A DNA stretch of 64,000 nt, taken from NCBI RefSeq assembly GCF_001194135.2, contig NC_068997.1, forward strand, positions 14,248,683-14,312,682. The letters are read 5' to 3'. Position numbers and translations under genes: made by a program. How positions within the stretch are numbered: position 1 is the first letter of the stretch; each line of letters opens with the position of its first letter. Below, piece after piece: positions 50,561-64,000 of this stretch. This stretch comes from Octopus bimaculoides (taxonomy: Eukaryota). The notes under the pieces were generated by a model. The model was not told the origin of the DNA. It saw only the letters and a list, made by a program, of their open reading frames with translations, and made no database searches.

Positions 50561-52270
50561 GATCTTCTTAAGGATTTTGGCCTTGAGATGACAAACAAGC
50601 ATGTAGGCTCCATTTACCATATTTGCTTACAAAAAATTGTTCAGCCTGAGGGTATAGTAGAAGACACTTGTCCAAGGCGCCATGCAGTGGGACTGAACCC
50701 ACAACCCTATGGTTACAAAGTGACCTCCTTAACTACATTTAGGGATAAATTTGTTATTCACAAACATAATTAATAAAACAAGGTATGTAATAGCATTTTC
50801 TTTATTTTTCCTAAATCCCTTTTTTTTTTTATTTTAAAACATTGTTGTTTTCTAATTTTCAAGATGAAGTGCAGCACTAATTTTTCTTTTTTTTTTTTTT
50901 TTATTGTAGTTCATCTCCACTGAGATACAAAATCAAAAAAGACTGAAAGCCACTGGGTTAACAAATTGATTCTGTTTACCCCACTAAAACTAATTCACCT
51001 AATTGATAATTACAGCTAAGCAGAATTGACTAAACCATTGATGGAAATTAGAGGACAGAAAGGAAAAAAAAAAAAAACTAACATATATTTTTCCTCCTCC
51101 TCTGCTGCCGCCACCACCACCACCACCATTATTATTATTATTATTATCATTATTATTTACTGAAATCCTAGTTAACCTTTCTCTGAAATAAACATCATTT
51201 TATTCTGTATTTTATGCTGTTTTGTATTATTTGCTTCGTATATTTTATCTTGCATGTTATTTCCTATTTTTAAGCAGTTTTATGTTATTTTGCTTTGCTT
51301 ACTTCGTTACTGTATTTTGTATTATACATCATTTTCATTTGGAAATGTTCTGAAAGAAAGACAGTTAGGTTAAGAACATAGAACATAGTCTGATTATCTC
51401 ACTTTAAATGCCACAATAGTTTATGTCCAACAGTTTACCTTTCATGTTTTGTCTTTAATATCCATTAATTAACACTACATAATTTTATATATTGCTTGTA
51501 TACATATGTTTGTACCAACGAATTGCAGACAGTTAATTAAAAATCAATCAATCTACCTACCTCCCTACCTACTTATTTATCTATCTGTTTATGTATCTAG
51601 CCATTTTTCTCTCTATCCATCTTTCCAACTATCTAATCATTTACTTAATCTCTCTATCTATCTATCTATTTGCCAATGTATCTAGCCATTTATTCATATA
51701 ATCTCCCTCTTTTCATCTGTTTCTGTATCCAAATAACTATCTAGCTCTCTTCTTGTCTTTCACCCCCTTTCTCTCTCTTTTTCTCTCCCCACTCTCTCTC
51801 ACTTTCCATTTATTTTTTTATCTATCTTTCTCCATGTATCAATGTTTCCATATTTCATTCCAGTCATTTATATGTTTTGTTTTGTTTTCTTCCAGAGCCT
51901 GTTCATAAACATAAAAAAAAAGACAAAAAAAACAACAACACTAATAGAAATGGAGGTCAGAGCTTCATCACATCAAGTCCTACCACATTTCAGAAAAATT
52001 AATTCAGGCTGTTTAGTTTAATCTTTGTCATATTATAGTTTCAAATAAGTGAATTAAAGAAGATGGTCAAAGTTACAAGAAAATGTTTTACAGGTGAGAC
52101 ATTAATAACTCAATCAAAAGAGGGAGGGCCACACCTATATCTCTCTTTTTGAGAGCTTCTGAGACTGATAAGATAAACAGAAGAAATCATCCCAAGAAAG
52201 AAGACATAATCTTAATGCTTTCAAATAATGTACTCTTATAAAAGTACTCAATGGCCAGGTATTGTACTAA

Positions 52271-52480
52271 CCCTTTCATATTCAGATTAATTCTCTCAAA
52301 TGTCAAGCTTCTTTATTCACGGTTTTGAATTAATCATGCATTATCCCATAGCTTTGAGGTTTTCATGATGTGATTGCTTATTTTTAGAATGACATTGTAA
52401 AATAGGTGTGAGAGGCTGGATCTGGCTGGTTTGACCATAAGACAGGTAGAATAATTCGGCTGGATATGGCCAGTTTGAAT
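52271..52480. mobile_element. piggyBac-like MITE, second copy
   Basis: Homologous to 3312-3523 (GAATTAATCATGCATTATC...TTTTTAGAATGACATTGTA...CTGGCTGGTTTGACCATAAGA). Confidence 0.65.
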
Positions 52481-53920
52481 ACCAGGTGATGGAACCTGTT
52501 CAAGAACATGAATAATTGTCCCAATGCATTTCACACAGTTTTGGTCGACCAAATTCCACTCACAAGACTTTTATTGCCCAGGCACACCAAATACCTTTCC
52601 ATTGCCTTCATGAGCCTGGGACCTGATACTAATTTATGTATTGTGTAGTAACATCAGCGCAGTGCTTTAACTGGAGGCTTACCACACAGTTACGACAACC
52701 CTAGATCAAATTGCTTTACATTGGGTTTGAAACACAAAACACATTGTTACAAAGTGAACATCATATTCATACACTTATACCTGATTAATGAAATAAGAAG
52801 TATTGAATATTTTAATTGATAATATAAAATTCATCTATATTGCTTCATAAAATAAGCACCCTATATTTAAATAACTCTTAACAAAAAATTGTATAGGAAA
52901 TATAAAATAGATCGAAATTGTTTTACAAGTGTATGTATATATGATTGTATATATGTATGTGTAAAGTAGTGCAACTTGAATATACACGCTGCAATTTGTA
53001 CCATCATATGCATTTATATATCAGCAACTTATATTACATACAAACTTTCAAGCATATATAAATTATATTACATTACATTTATTCACACATCTTACATCAA
53101 ACACTCAAGAAGTTCCAATTACATGACTGCTTATAATTCACAGGCACAAACACATAAGAACTTAATATATAATTGATACAAACACACATTATCACATGTA
53201 TGCAAATATATATATATACAGATGCAGAGTACTTCTCTCTAAAGTTCTATACCCAACCTCACAAATGTATGAACACACAAAGGCACACACACATGTATAT
53301 TCAATACTTTGAATTAATATGATAATTGCAAAGATGAAACGCTTCATATTATCTTATATTTTGTTTCAAATTTCCTTACAAGTAAATTCATTCAATTTGT
53401 AACTTAATGCAATTTGATGTTTTTTGCACAGTAGCAAGAACAGAGGAGCAATTTTTAGGCCCATATTAGAAAAAAATTAAAGTAAAAAGAAAAATAGGCA
53501 AAAAAAATATACAAAACAATGATAAATATAACTTTTTTCCTAAAATTAAATAATATTAAAAAAATGTATTCTTTTGACTTTATTTGATTAATATATTTAT
53601 ATATACATATATTTATTATCATTTACAATCAACATTGTTACCCAAATTATTATCTTCGAAAATAAAAATTATTATTACAATTATTATTATTATTATTATT
53701 ACTGTTGTTGTTATTATTATTGTTATTATTATTATCATCATCATTAAATTATCATCACTATTACCACCATCGTGATCGTCTTCATCATTGTGAATTTCTT
53801 TTCATCAAATTCCTTATCATAATTTATTAATATTTATCATCATCATCATCATCATCACTGATATTTCCATTGTATTGTTACCCTTATTGCATTATGTCGT
53901 TATCATACTTGTTACTATTG

Positions 53921-53994
<74 letters not shown>

Positions 53995-54161
53995 ATACTT
54001 ACATATTATATGTAATATAAACACATAATCATAAATATATTTGGGTAAATTACATATATACATATAATTATTTATTTGTGGAAATTACATACATATATAT
54101 ATATGTACACACACATATATATATATGTATACATGTATGTATAAAATTTAATTTTTATTCA

Positions 54162-54200
<39 letters not shown>

Positions 54201-54966
54201 AGTTTGTGTGTGTATGTTTGTGAGTGTATGTTTGTTTGTTTGTGTGTGTGTATGTGTGAGGAGAGAGAAACAGGGTAACTAGATAATGAAAATCAATAAC
54301 ACTTCCCATTTCTGAATAATATATATGTGCGTATATAAATGTGTATGTAAGTGTGTATGCATGTGTGTGTGTGTGTATAAGTGCGAATGTGTATTTGTAA
54401 GTGAGAGTGCTTATGACAAATTTAAAATAAACACAAAATCATTATTAAACAAAATTGGTAGATAACAGCAACAAATAATCTAATAATAATGATAATAATA
54501 ATAATTAATGAAATAATCGCAGTAACAAGAACAACATTAATAATAAAGGTAAACGTAAAGTTATCTATAAACTTGTCTACAGATTAAAACTCGGTTTTAT
54601 TGTTGTTATTTTTAAAAAAAATACAAACATTAATCAGTTGAAAGCTAAATAAATATATTTTCACAAATAAATATATAATCAGATATATTAAAAAGTAAAT
54701 AAAGTGCAATTAAATGATTTTACTGTGAGCAAGCATGCAACATATAATGCGCAATTACTGATGTGTTAAGGTTTGAGGTGCTCATAACTACGTGTTCATG
54801 AGTTCAAACCCTGTTAGTACCAACTAGTGAGTGTGTTGAGTATATATATGTTGGTTGTTTGACTGGCTGGATATAATAACTAAATCTCTCCTTAAATTAT
54901 GCTACTGTTGGCTGAATAAGTGAGAGATACTGTTGATTATGGGATTTTTAGATATGCAATAAGTGG

Positions 54967-55102
54967 GAGAATAACACTTCAAAGACAAAACAACCTCTGG
55001 GACAAGGCAATTTCAGAGACAAAGCAATTTAAAGGACAAGGTAATACTGAAGACAAGATAACTTTGGGAAAAGATCAATCTTAGGAACAAGGAAACTTTG
55101 GT
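54967..55102. repeat. Degenerate 17-bp tandem array, 8 units
   Basis: Units such as GACAAAACAACCTCTGG, GACAAGGCAATTTCAGA, GACAAAGCAATTTAAAG, GACAAGGTAATACTGAA, GACAAGATAACTTTGGG in exact 17-nt phase. Confidence 0.8.
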
Positions 55103-55669
55103 GGCAAAGTTGATGCTGGTGTCACAAAATACACCCAGTACATTCTGGAAAGTGACTGGGAATAGGAAAGATATCCAGTTGCCAAAAGCAAGCCAGAAAT
55201 GAAACATAAATGTGTGACATGATTTCCCCACAACTAATCTAAGAGAGTAGTAGCTCTGAAAAGAACCAATTCTGTCAATGATGACTCATCAAACCCATGC
55301 CAGCACTGAAAAGTGGCCGTGAAACTGATGGAAATGAAGATGATATATATATATATATATATACATGTATACATGTTTTTGTGTCTGTGTTCACATCTCT
55401 GAATGCAGCTGTGTACCATGTGTGACTAGGGCCAAGTTAATTCTGTTAACACATTGACAGTAAAAAGGGATGTAAGCACACAAATAAATCAAAACTGAAA
55501 GTGAGAGAGACGTGGAGGGGGGATGAGAGAGAGAAACAAGGAGAAACATAGCAAGGGACAAAAAGGGATTCATCTAAAATTCAGCCAGAGGAAGAATGGT
55601 CTGCTGAGGATCGTTTGAAAGCCCATTTATGAACCAGTGTGTGTGTGCACGTATAGCCAAATAGGACTA

Positions 55670-55719
<50 letters not shown>

Positions 55720-57044
55720 NNNNNNNNNNNNNNNNNNNNNNNNNNNNNNNNNNNNNNNNNNNNNNNNNNNNNNNNNNNNNNNNNNNNNNNNNNNNNNNNN
55801 NNNNNNNNNNNNNNNNNNNNNNNNNNNNNNNNNNNNNNNNNNNNNNNNNNNNNNNNNNNNNNNNNNNNNNNNNNNNNNNNNNNNNNNNNNNNNNNNNNNN
55901 NNNNNNNNNNNNNNNNNNNNNNNNNNNNNNNNNNNNNNNNNNNNNNNNNNNNNNNNNNNNNNNNNNNNNNNNNNNNNNNNNNNNNNNNNNNNNNNNNNNN
56001 NNNNNNNNNNNNNNNNNNNNNNNNNNNNNNNNNNNNNNNNNNNNNNNNNNNNNNNNNNNNNNNNNNNNNNNNNNNNNNNNNNNNNNNNNNNNNNNNNNNN
56101 NNNNNNNNNNNNNNNNNNNNNNNNNNNNNNNNNNNNNNNNNNNNNNNNNNNNNNNNNNNNNNNNNNNNNNNNNNNNNNNNNNNNNNNNNNNNNNNNNNNN
56201 NNNNNNNNNNNNNNNNNNNNNNNNNNNNNNNNNNNNNNNNNNNNNNNNNNNNNNNNNNNNNNNNNNNNNNNNNNNNNNNNNNNNNNNNNNNNNNNNNNNN
56301 NNNNNNNNNNNNNNNNNNNNNNNNNNNNNNNNNNNNNNNNNNNNNNNNNNNNNNNNNNNNNNNNNNNNNNNNNNNNNNNNNNNNNNNNNNNNNNNNNNNN
56401 NNNNNNNNNNNNNNNNNNNNNNNNNNNNNNNNNNNNNNNNNNNNNNNNNNNNNNNNNNNNNNNNNNNNNNNNNNNNNNNNNNNNNNTATATATATATATA
56501 TATATATATATGTATACACACATGTATATATATGTATATACACTCATGTATGTATGTGTGTATGTATATATATATATATATATATGTATGTATACATATA
56601 TATACATATATACATATATATATGTATATATATATATATATGCATATATATATATGTATGTATACATATATATACATATATACATATATATACATACATA
56701 TATACAAAGATATATATACATACATGCCTGTATATATGTATGTGTACGTATTTGTGTGCATACAGGATAATACAAAATTTCTATGCTTTTCTTTATGATG
56801 TGAAGATAATGTTTGCATTTGAAGTCAGTTCAAAGTTCAATAGAAGTTCTTTTACTTTCGCAGTCTCACCTCCTCTTTTCTTTTTTGCATTTGATAAAGA
56901 AATTTTACAAACTGCCTGTTGCTATTTTATTGCTTTCTTCCTGATGATGATGATGATAATGATGATGATGATCATCATCATCATCCTCATCATGAAAGTG
57001 ATGGTGATGATAAAAGTGATTGTTACTATTGTTATTATTATTAA

Positions 57045-57640
57045 AAATGCAGCAAGCTGGCAGAATTGTTAGCACGTTGGGTAAGATGCTTAGTGGTGTT
57101 TCATCTGTTGCTATGTTCTGAGTTCAAATCCCATCGAGGTTGGCTTTGTCTTTTGTCCTTTTGGGGATCAATGAAATAAGTACCAGTTATGTACTGGGTC
57201 TATTTAATTGACTTAATCCCTTCCCCGCAAATTTGAGACCTCGTGCTTCCAGCAGAAAGGATAATTAAGGTGGAGAACTGGCAAAATCGTTAAGCACGGA
57301 AGGCAAAATGCTTAATGGTATTTCATCTGAGTTCAAATTCCACCGAGGTCGTCTTCGCCTTTCATCCTTTCAGGGTTGATAAAATAAGTACCAGTTACAC
57401 ACTGGAGTCGATGTAATCAACTTAACCTCACCCCCACCCCAGCTGTCCGTGTGGCAAAAATTTAGAATCATTATTATTATTATTATTATTATTATTAAAG
57501 CAATGAACTGACAGAATTGTTTAAATATTGGACAAAACGCTTACTAGCTTTCTCTTTCTAACTCTTTTATATTCTGTGTTCAAATCTCATTGATGTCAAC
57601 TTTACTTTTTATTCTCTCAAGGGTCAATAAAGATTAAATA
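57045..57640 (+). mobile_element. Three head-to-tail family A SINE copies
   Basis: Three successive GCAGAATTGTT / GCAAAATCGTT heads, each followed by GTTCAAAT and ATAA...AGTACCAG-like motifs; the third is the most degraded. Confidence 0.8.
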
Positions 57641-57652
57641 CTAGTCAAAGCA

Positions 57653-58216
57653 TAGGTGTGGCTGTGTGGTAAGATGCTTGCTTCCCAACCACATGGTTCT
57701 GGGTTCAGTCCCACTGCATGGTACCTTGGGCAGGTGTCATTTACTATAGCCTCGGGCTGATGAAAGCCTTGTGAGTGAACTTGGTAGATGGAAACTGAAA
57801 GAAGCCCAATGTGTGTGTGTATGTGTGTTTTTCTTCTGCTACTCCTTTTCACCTAACATCTCTAGCTTTGTGGCAGCAATTTATAACAATATCATTGGGC
57901 TATATGTTGTGCTAGAGAAAACCTGTCGAGTCATGATTGATGTCAGTGCCACCTGACTGGCACCTTTGCTGGTGGCATGTAAAATCATCATCTGAACATG
58001 GTCGATGCCAGTGGCCCCCGTCTGGCTCCCATGCTAGTAGGATGTAAAAAGCACCCACTACACTCTCAGAGTGGTCGGCATAATTAAGGGCATCCAGCTG
58101 TAGAAACCCTGCCAGATCAGATTTGAGCCTGGTGCAGCCTACTGGCTTGCCAGTCCTCAGTCAAACCATCCAACCCATGCTAGCATGGAAAACAGACGTT
58201 AAATGTTGATGAATGA
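57653..58216 (+). mobile_element. Family B SINE head plus RTE LINE 3' UTR
   Basis: SINE head at 57653-57812; LINE 3' UTR with tandem units at 57905-58216. Confidence 0.85.
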
Positions 58217-59879
58217 TAATTTTGGCAGTAGGCCATCAATTTTTAGGAGACGAGGCAAAGCAATTACATGAATCCTTGTACTTGATAGGTACTTTGTTTT
58301 TGAAAACCTGAAAGAATGAAAGGTAAAACCAACTACAGCAGAATTTGAACTCACAACAATGAATTAGAAGAAATACCACAAGTACTTTTATAATGTTTTA
58401 GTAATTCTGCCAGCTCATTGCCTGGCTATAATACAAAGCTTAGAAGAAATTTAGCTACACAACTAGTCAAAAGACAACAATATTTTAGTGAGATAGCAGC
58501 TAACACAAACTTAATCTTTTTGTGACTGTATTTCCTATGAAATAAAATGTCCATTAAGTCATAATCCATTTTGAAAATAATCAAGATTTTAGGAAGATTT
58601 GACAAAATAAACGATTTTTTGTATTATTAAAACGATATTTGTAACAAGCAATCTCTGCCAGATTAGTATCAATAGAGTTAAAATATTGTATTAGTTGAAT
58701 GGTGTTAAATTACGATAAACTAAGCATAATGAGTGGGAAGTTAAAATGGTATATTTCTGACTGGCAGAACACAATGCTTAAAACCTGTTGCAGCCATTTT
58801 GTTGTACTTGAAATTTGCTTGACTCAGTTTTGTCTTAACAACAAACAGGCTCACTTTCCAATATTACATTGAGTGGTTTACATTACTAAAAGCATTCAGC
58901 TGTAAACTAATTGTTTCCATCAATTTACAAATGTCAAATGTCAAAGTTGCCCACAAAAAAAAAAATAATAATAGAAAACAATAACAATAATAATAGGTAA
59001 AAATAAAATAAATGAATAAATAGAAAACAAAGCTTCTGGAATATATTTGCTTCGATAGAAGAAGAAAAAAGGTTGCCATTGTATTTATAACTAAAATGTT
59101 CCAGATTTGGAAATGTCTAGATTTGCAAAAGAACTATCTTTTCAAGGATTACATTGAAATGGAAATATGGATATACAACTGTAAAAAAAAAAAACAAAAA
59201 AAAAAAACAAACGGAAAGAAAGGGACAAGATGGAGTACGTTGTTGTATGGATATATTTAATATTATCAAGAAATTAAAAGCAAATATTTTGTATCCAATT
59301 TTATTATACAGTTTTATAGTATGAGTTATAACATAAATCCAAGTTAAGGAAGGTATGAAGGTTAGCCATTATGTGTATATTCTTATGTGATATAGCATAT
59401 ATGTATGTGTTTATATGTGTGTATCTATATGTGTGGGTGTGTGTAAAAATTTTCAGATCTAAAGAAGCAGGTAAGAGTTTGAAATGCATCTCTTCAATTC
59501 CATTATCGGAATGTACCTTTTCCTCTTTCCTCTTATTTCACTCAGTTGACTGTGACCATTCTGGAGTACTGAGCTTCAGGCTTTTAGTTTAAATGATCAA
59601 CATTAGTACATTTTAAGGTTTGGCAATTATTGTATTGGTTCTCGACAGCCAATCTGCTAAATTGTCAAGCAATGAAAAGGGTTTGGGTGAACACAAACAC
59701 GTACACATATATATACATATACTCTTTACTCTCTTTTACTCTTTTACTTGTTTCAGTCATTTGACTGCGGCCATGCTAGAGTACTGCCTTTTAGTCGAAC
59801 TAATCGACCCCTGGACTTATTCTTTGGAAGCCTAGTACTTATTCTATCGGTCTGTAACAAGTAAAAGAAAAGACAAGAA

Positions 59880-60190
59880 TATATATGTTGTGATCGAGAA
59901 GGTGAATCTCAATGACGTTTTGCAAGCCCAACTTGTGACAGACGATGCCATTTTTTTGTTGGGCTCAAATTTCATTTGCGAACCCATGGAAAACGAACTT
60001 CAACTAACTATTCTACCTATATGTCTGTCCACAAAGATCAGAACTAAACTGTAGCTCTAGGTAGTGTAAATCGGATATGCAATCTATGTGGGTGTCTTTT
60101 CAGTACATTGTCTGGTTTAAAAAACCACATCAGATGCCATGATGGATCTAAGGTGTAGGTACAGGAGGTGGTCAAACTCAGCATAAGAAG
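59880..60190 (-). pseudogene. Highly degraded mariner transposase fragment
   Basis: Minus frame WVRK*NLSPTKKWHRLSQVGLAKRH*DSPS resembles WVPH.LS...K..R....LL.RH...PFLD. Confidence 0.5.
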
Positions 60191-60202
60191 TAGACAGCCA
60201 CC

Positions 60203-60268
<66 letters not shown>

Positions 60269-60556
60269 ATGTATGTCCTTTGTGTCAGAGTTTATGTCCC
60301 CAAAACTTAGCGGTTCAGCAAAAGAGATGGATAGAAGAGAATAAGTAGCAGGCTTAAAGACAAAAAATAAGTGATGGAGTTGATTCTTTTGACTAAAGAT
60401 TCTTCAAGGTGGTGCACCAGCATGGTCATAAACAAATAAAAGAAACAAACAAAAGATAGAAGATTAAAAGATTCCTCCTACTTCTGTGTTACTTAGAGCT
60501 CGTTCTTCCACTTCCTCACAAGCACACACACATACACTACACACACACACTTACTC

Positions 60557-60588
<32 letters not shown>

Positions 60589-60671
60589 CCATGCAGACAT
60601 AGCCCTGTGGGTAAGAAGGCTGTTCCCCTTTTTATCCCTTCTTGTGGATAAGAAGACTGCTCCCCTTCTTA

Positions 60672-60856
60672 AAGGTGGCAAGGTAGCAGAATCATTAGCA
60701 CGCCGGGCGAAATGCTTAGCGGCATTTCGTCTGCCATTGGGGTCAATAAATTAAGTGCCAGTTACGCACACGGGCCGATGTCATCGACTTAATCTCTTTG
60801 TCTGTCCTTGTTTGTCCCTCTATGTTTAGCCCCTTGCAGGCAATAAAGAAATAAGA
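60672..60856 (+). mobile_element. SINE family A with an internal deletion
   Basis: GCAGAATCATTAGCACGCCGGGCGAAATGCTTAGCGG...same tail as the copy at 8071. Confidence 0.85.
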
Positions 60857-62125
60857 AGGCTGCTCCCCAATCATGGGACTTCCAGTTTTGTCCCACGGCA
60901 TGGCACCTCAAGCATGTACCTTTTACTATAGCCCTAGGCCAACTAAAGCTTTGCACATGGAAATGATAGATAGAAACTGAAAGACCCCTCCACCATCATG
61001 TATGTATGTGTGTATGTTTGTGCTCTTGTCTAGATATTGTGCAATAGTAGCAAATGAGTGTCACCATCATACAAATTGTGTCATTTATTTCCAGTCTCCT
61101 GTGAAAATATGTCCAGCAATGGGGAAATATGTTAGCTTGTTTATAAATACATGAATGCTGGTGATAGAAAGAGCATCTAACTGTAGTAAATTTGATTCAA
61201 TGAATTTTGAAATACAGAAAAAAAAAGAAGGCTAAAATGATACTGATGATAATACACATACCTGTTAGTAAAATTGCCATATACAAAAACACGTCACAGC
61301 TAAAACATCTTTAAGATAGCATGTTAGTACTTGCATTGGAATATATGATATATACACACACATATATGTACATACGCACACACACACACACACACACGTC
61401 TATATATAATTAGCATTCATATATACATATATATATATATAATTGCCATTTATATATGAGCGTTTGCTTGTGTATGTGACATTCACAAAAATGTGATCCA
61501 TCTTTTTCAAACCAGCAGATGTTTTTTCTTAACATTTTACTTAGACGTTCTATAATTAATATAGGGAACACAATGAAAATTTCTTCGAAAATGAATTTAC
61601 GAAGGAGTAGGAAAATAAAAATAATAAATAAATTTCTTTAAAAATAATATTGTTTTGGGAAAACAACGAAGATACTCAAAATTTTCTTACATAAGACAAA
61701 TGATCCTTTGTCTTCACATTTTTACATTTTGTTTTCTTTTGATATTAACTTTTCTTTTTAAATTTTAGTTTTACATGTGTGCATTTGTGTGTATGTGTGT
61801 GTGTGTGTATTTGTGTGTGTGTGTGTGTGTGTATTTTTGTGTGTGTGTGTTTGTGTGTGAGACCATGTTTGTGTGTAGGCGTTACCCCTTATATCTCTCC
61901 CTCCAAATAATTAATAAAACAAAAGTGTCTAAATGTGTATGAGTGCATGTGTGGGTTTATGTGTTTGTTTTTTGTTAGTGTTTTTGTATGTATTTATGAG
62001 CAGATAGAAATGTGGATGTTTATAATTGTATTAAGTGCTTGTCTCATCTGTGTATATATGATAACTGTACTCCACCTAGATATATATGCAGTAAGCATGT
62101 ATATATGTATGCTTGTAAATATATG

Positions 62126-62201
<76 letters not shown>

Positions 62202-62267
62202 TCATATATATGCATGCATGTATAAATGCACATATCTATGAGTGTTTGTGTTTCCCTGTGTGTGCGC

Positions 62268-62309
<42 letters not shown>

Positions 62310-63092
62310 ATACATACATATGTATATATAAACACACATGCCTACATGTATGCATACATACACAGAAATGTGTGTGTTCTTGTGTAATTGTTTATGTATA
62401 TGTTTAATTGCTTATTATTTGTTTCTTTAAAAGGAAACATTTTACATATTTATGTATTTATTTATAGTTGCTTTATTTTCCTTTTTTTTTCTTTGTTTTG
62501 TTGTATTTTCTTGCTTTGAATTGCATTTGGCTGCATTGAAAACCATCTGCATTTCTGAGGAAAAGATTTGGAAGAATAACAAACAACACTTGGAAAACTG
62601 AGCTTTTTTAATGAAATATATTTCTGAAGATAGACTTGAGAATTTCATAAACTCTCTATGGGTAATCTAACACAACGATATACATGTTAATGTACGTACG
62701 CAAACAAATTCCTGCAGAAACTCGCAAACACACCCTCAAATGAAAGACTAATGCACACTCGAAAAATCAGGCAAAATCACTCACACATACACACATTCAT
62801 GATGTGTAAACGAAGATAAACACATATATGAAAACACGCAGGGACATACACTAGAGCTAATGCAGGAACATGCTTAAAATGCAAATGCACTAACACATAA
62901 TGCATAGATAAATTGCATGAATATATATAAACAAACACATATGAATGCATGCTATTACATACTGTACAAGCCACAAATGTGCCTCTTTGCAAGTAAGTCT
63001 ACTGGCTAGTAATAGCAGCCAGAGCCTCACTTCTTAAATCATGTTCTACTTTTTTGTATAGATACAAGAGGTATTATTGACATAGTACTATG

Positions 63093-63424
63093 AAGGCGGA
63101 ATCGTTAGCATGCCAGAATCGTTAGCATGCCAGGTGAAATGCTTAGCAATATTTCATCTGTCTTTACGTTCTGAGTTCAAATTCCATTGAGGTCGACTAT
63201 GCCTTTCATCCTTTTGGCGTTGATAAATTAAGTACCAGTTGCGTACTGTGGTTGATCTAATCGACTGGCCCCCTCTCCAAAAATTTTGGGCCTTGTGCCT
63301 AGAGTAGAAAAGGATCATTACCACGCTGGAAGAAATGCTTAGCCATATTTCAGGCGTCGCTACATTCTCAGTTCAAATTCTGCCAAAGTCAACTTTGCCT
63401 GCCATCCTTTTGGGGTCAATATAT

Positions 63425-63475
<51 letters not shown>

Positions 63476-63640
63476 ATGGGCTTCTTTCAGTTTCCGTCTA
63501 CCAAATTCACTCACAGAACTTTGTTCGGCCCGAGGCTATAGTAGAAGACACTTGCCCTAGATGCCATGCAATGGGACTGAACCTGTAACCGTCAGGTTGG
63601 GAAGCAAGATTCTCACCCCACGCAGCCACTCCTGCACCTA
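63093..63640. mobile_element. Family A SINE (full copy plus truncated second copy, +) and family B head (-)
   Basis: Family A at 63093-63420, with a 17-bp duplication of GAATCGTTAGCATGCCA; family B head at 63476-63640. Confidence 0.85.
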
Positions 63641-63948
63641 TTTATGATTATTATTATTATCATTATTAGTATTATCATGATTAATATTATATACACATGA
63701 ATTCCAAAAATGATACAAGCATTTCATCACTGTACACATTTCATTAAACATGTGTACTATTTAAAGGTATAAGAAAAAGGGTGATGGTTACAACAAAATT
63801 TCCCAATTTCTAGAAATTGAAATTACATCCAATTCTCCAGATATTCCAAATATTGTCACTCACTTTCTTTCATATTCTTAATAAATTCTTTTATGCATGC
63901 ACTTTTGAGTATAAAAGCACCAGCGATACACACACACATATATGTACA

Positions 63949-64000
<52 letters not shown>

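Noticed and set aside
55552-55632. Peptide QGTKRDSSKIQPEEEWSAEDRLKAHL*
   Set aside because: Short, with a weak acceptor lacking a pyrimidine tract, and no recognisable family.
740-63541. The many long ORFs in the track (poly-T/S/L/I/Y/H/V and X-containing)
   Set aside because: They are translations of di- and trinucleotide microsatellites or N gaps, with no domain signal.
1-64000. CRISPR arrays, rRNA genes, prokaryotic operons
   Set aside because: The sequence is eukaryotic repeat-rich DNA; no repeat-spacer array or rRNA-like region was seen.

Overview
AT-rich, repeat-saturated eukaryotic genomic DNA with many N gaps. The SINE/LINE families and the microsatellite load match what I recall of an Octopus (coleoid cephalopod) scaffold; that assignment is from recognition, not a search. 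No identifiable intact protein-coding gene is present. Almost every ORF in the track is a translation of microsatellites or gaps. What can be supported: at least four tRNA-derived SINE families in dozens of copies; decayed RTE-clade LINE pieces (RT region, ORF C-terminus, 3' UTR with (GAT)n tail); three mariner transposase fossils; several Penelope-like element (PLE) fossils including a GIY-YIG endonuclease; and hAT-like and piggyBac-like MITEs. The most notable signal is a set of type I hammerhead-ribozyme (HHR) motifs. One at 42273-42403 has an intact catalytic core and a ~43-bp extended stem I. A near-intact minimal one lies at 12787-12823, and decayed relatives lie at 9.5, 12.6, 26.2 and 47.5 kb, most next to PLE remnants or in short TA-flanked elements. 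Closely spaced inverted SINE/LINE pairs are candidate ADAR substrates. A few isolated splice-site-bounded candidate exons suggest the window may be largely intronic, but no host gene can be named.
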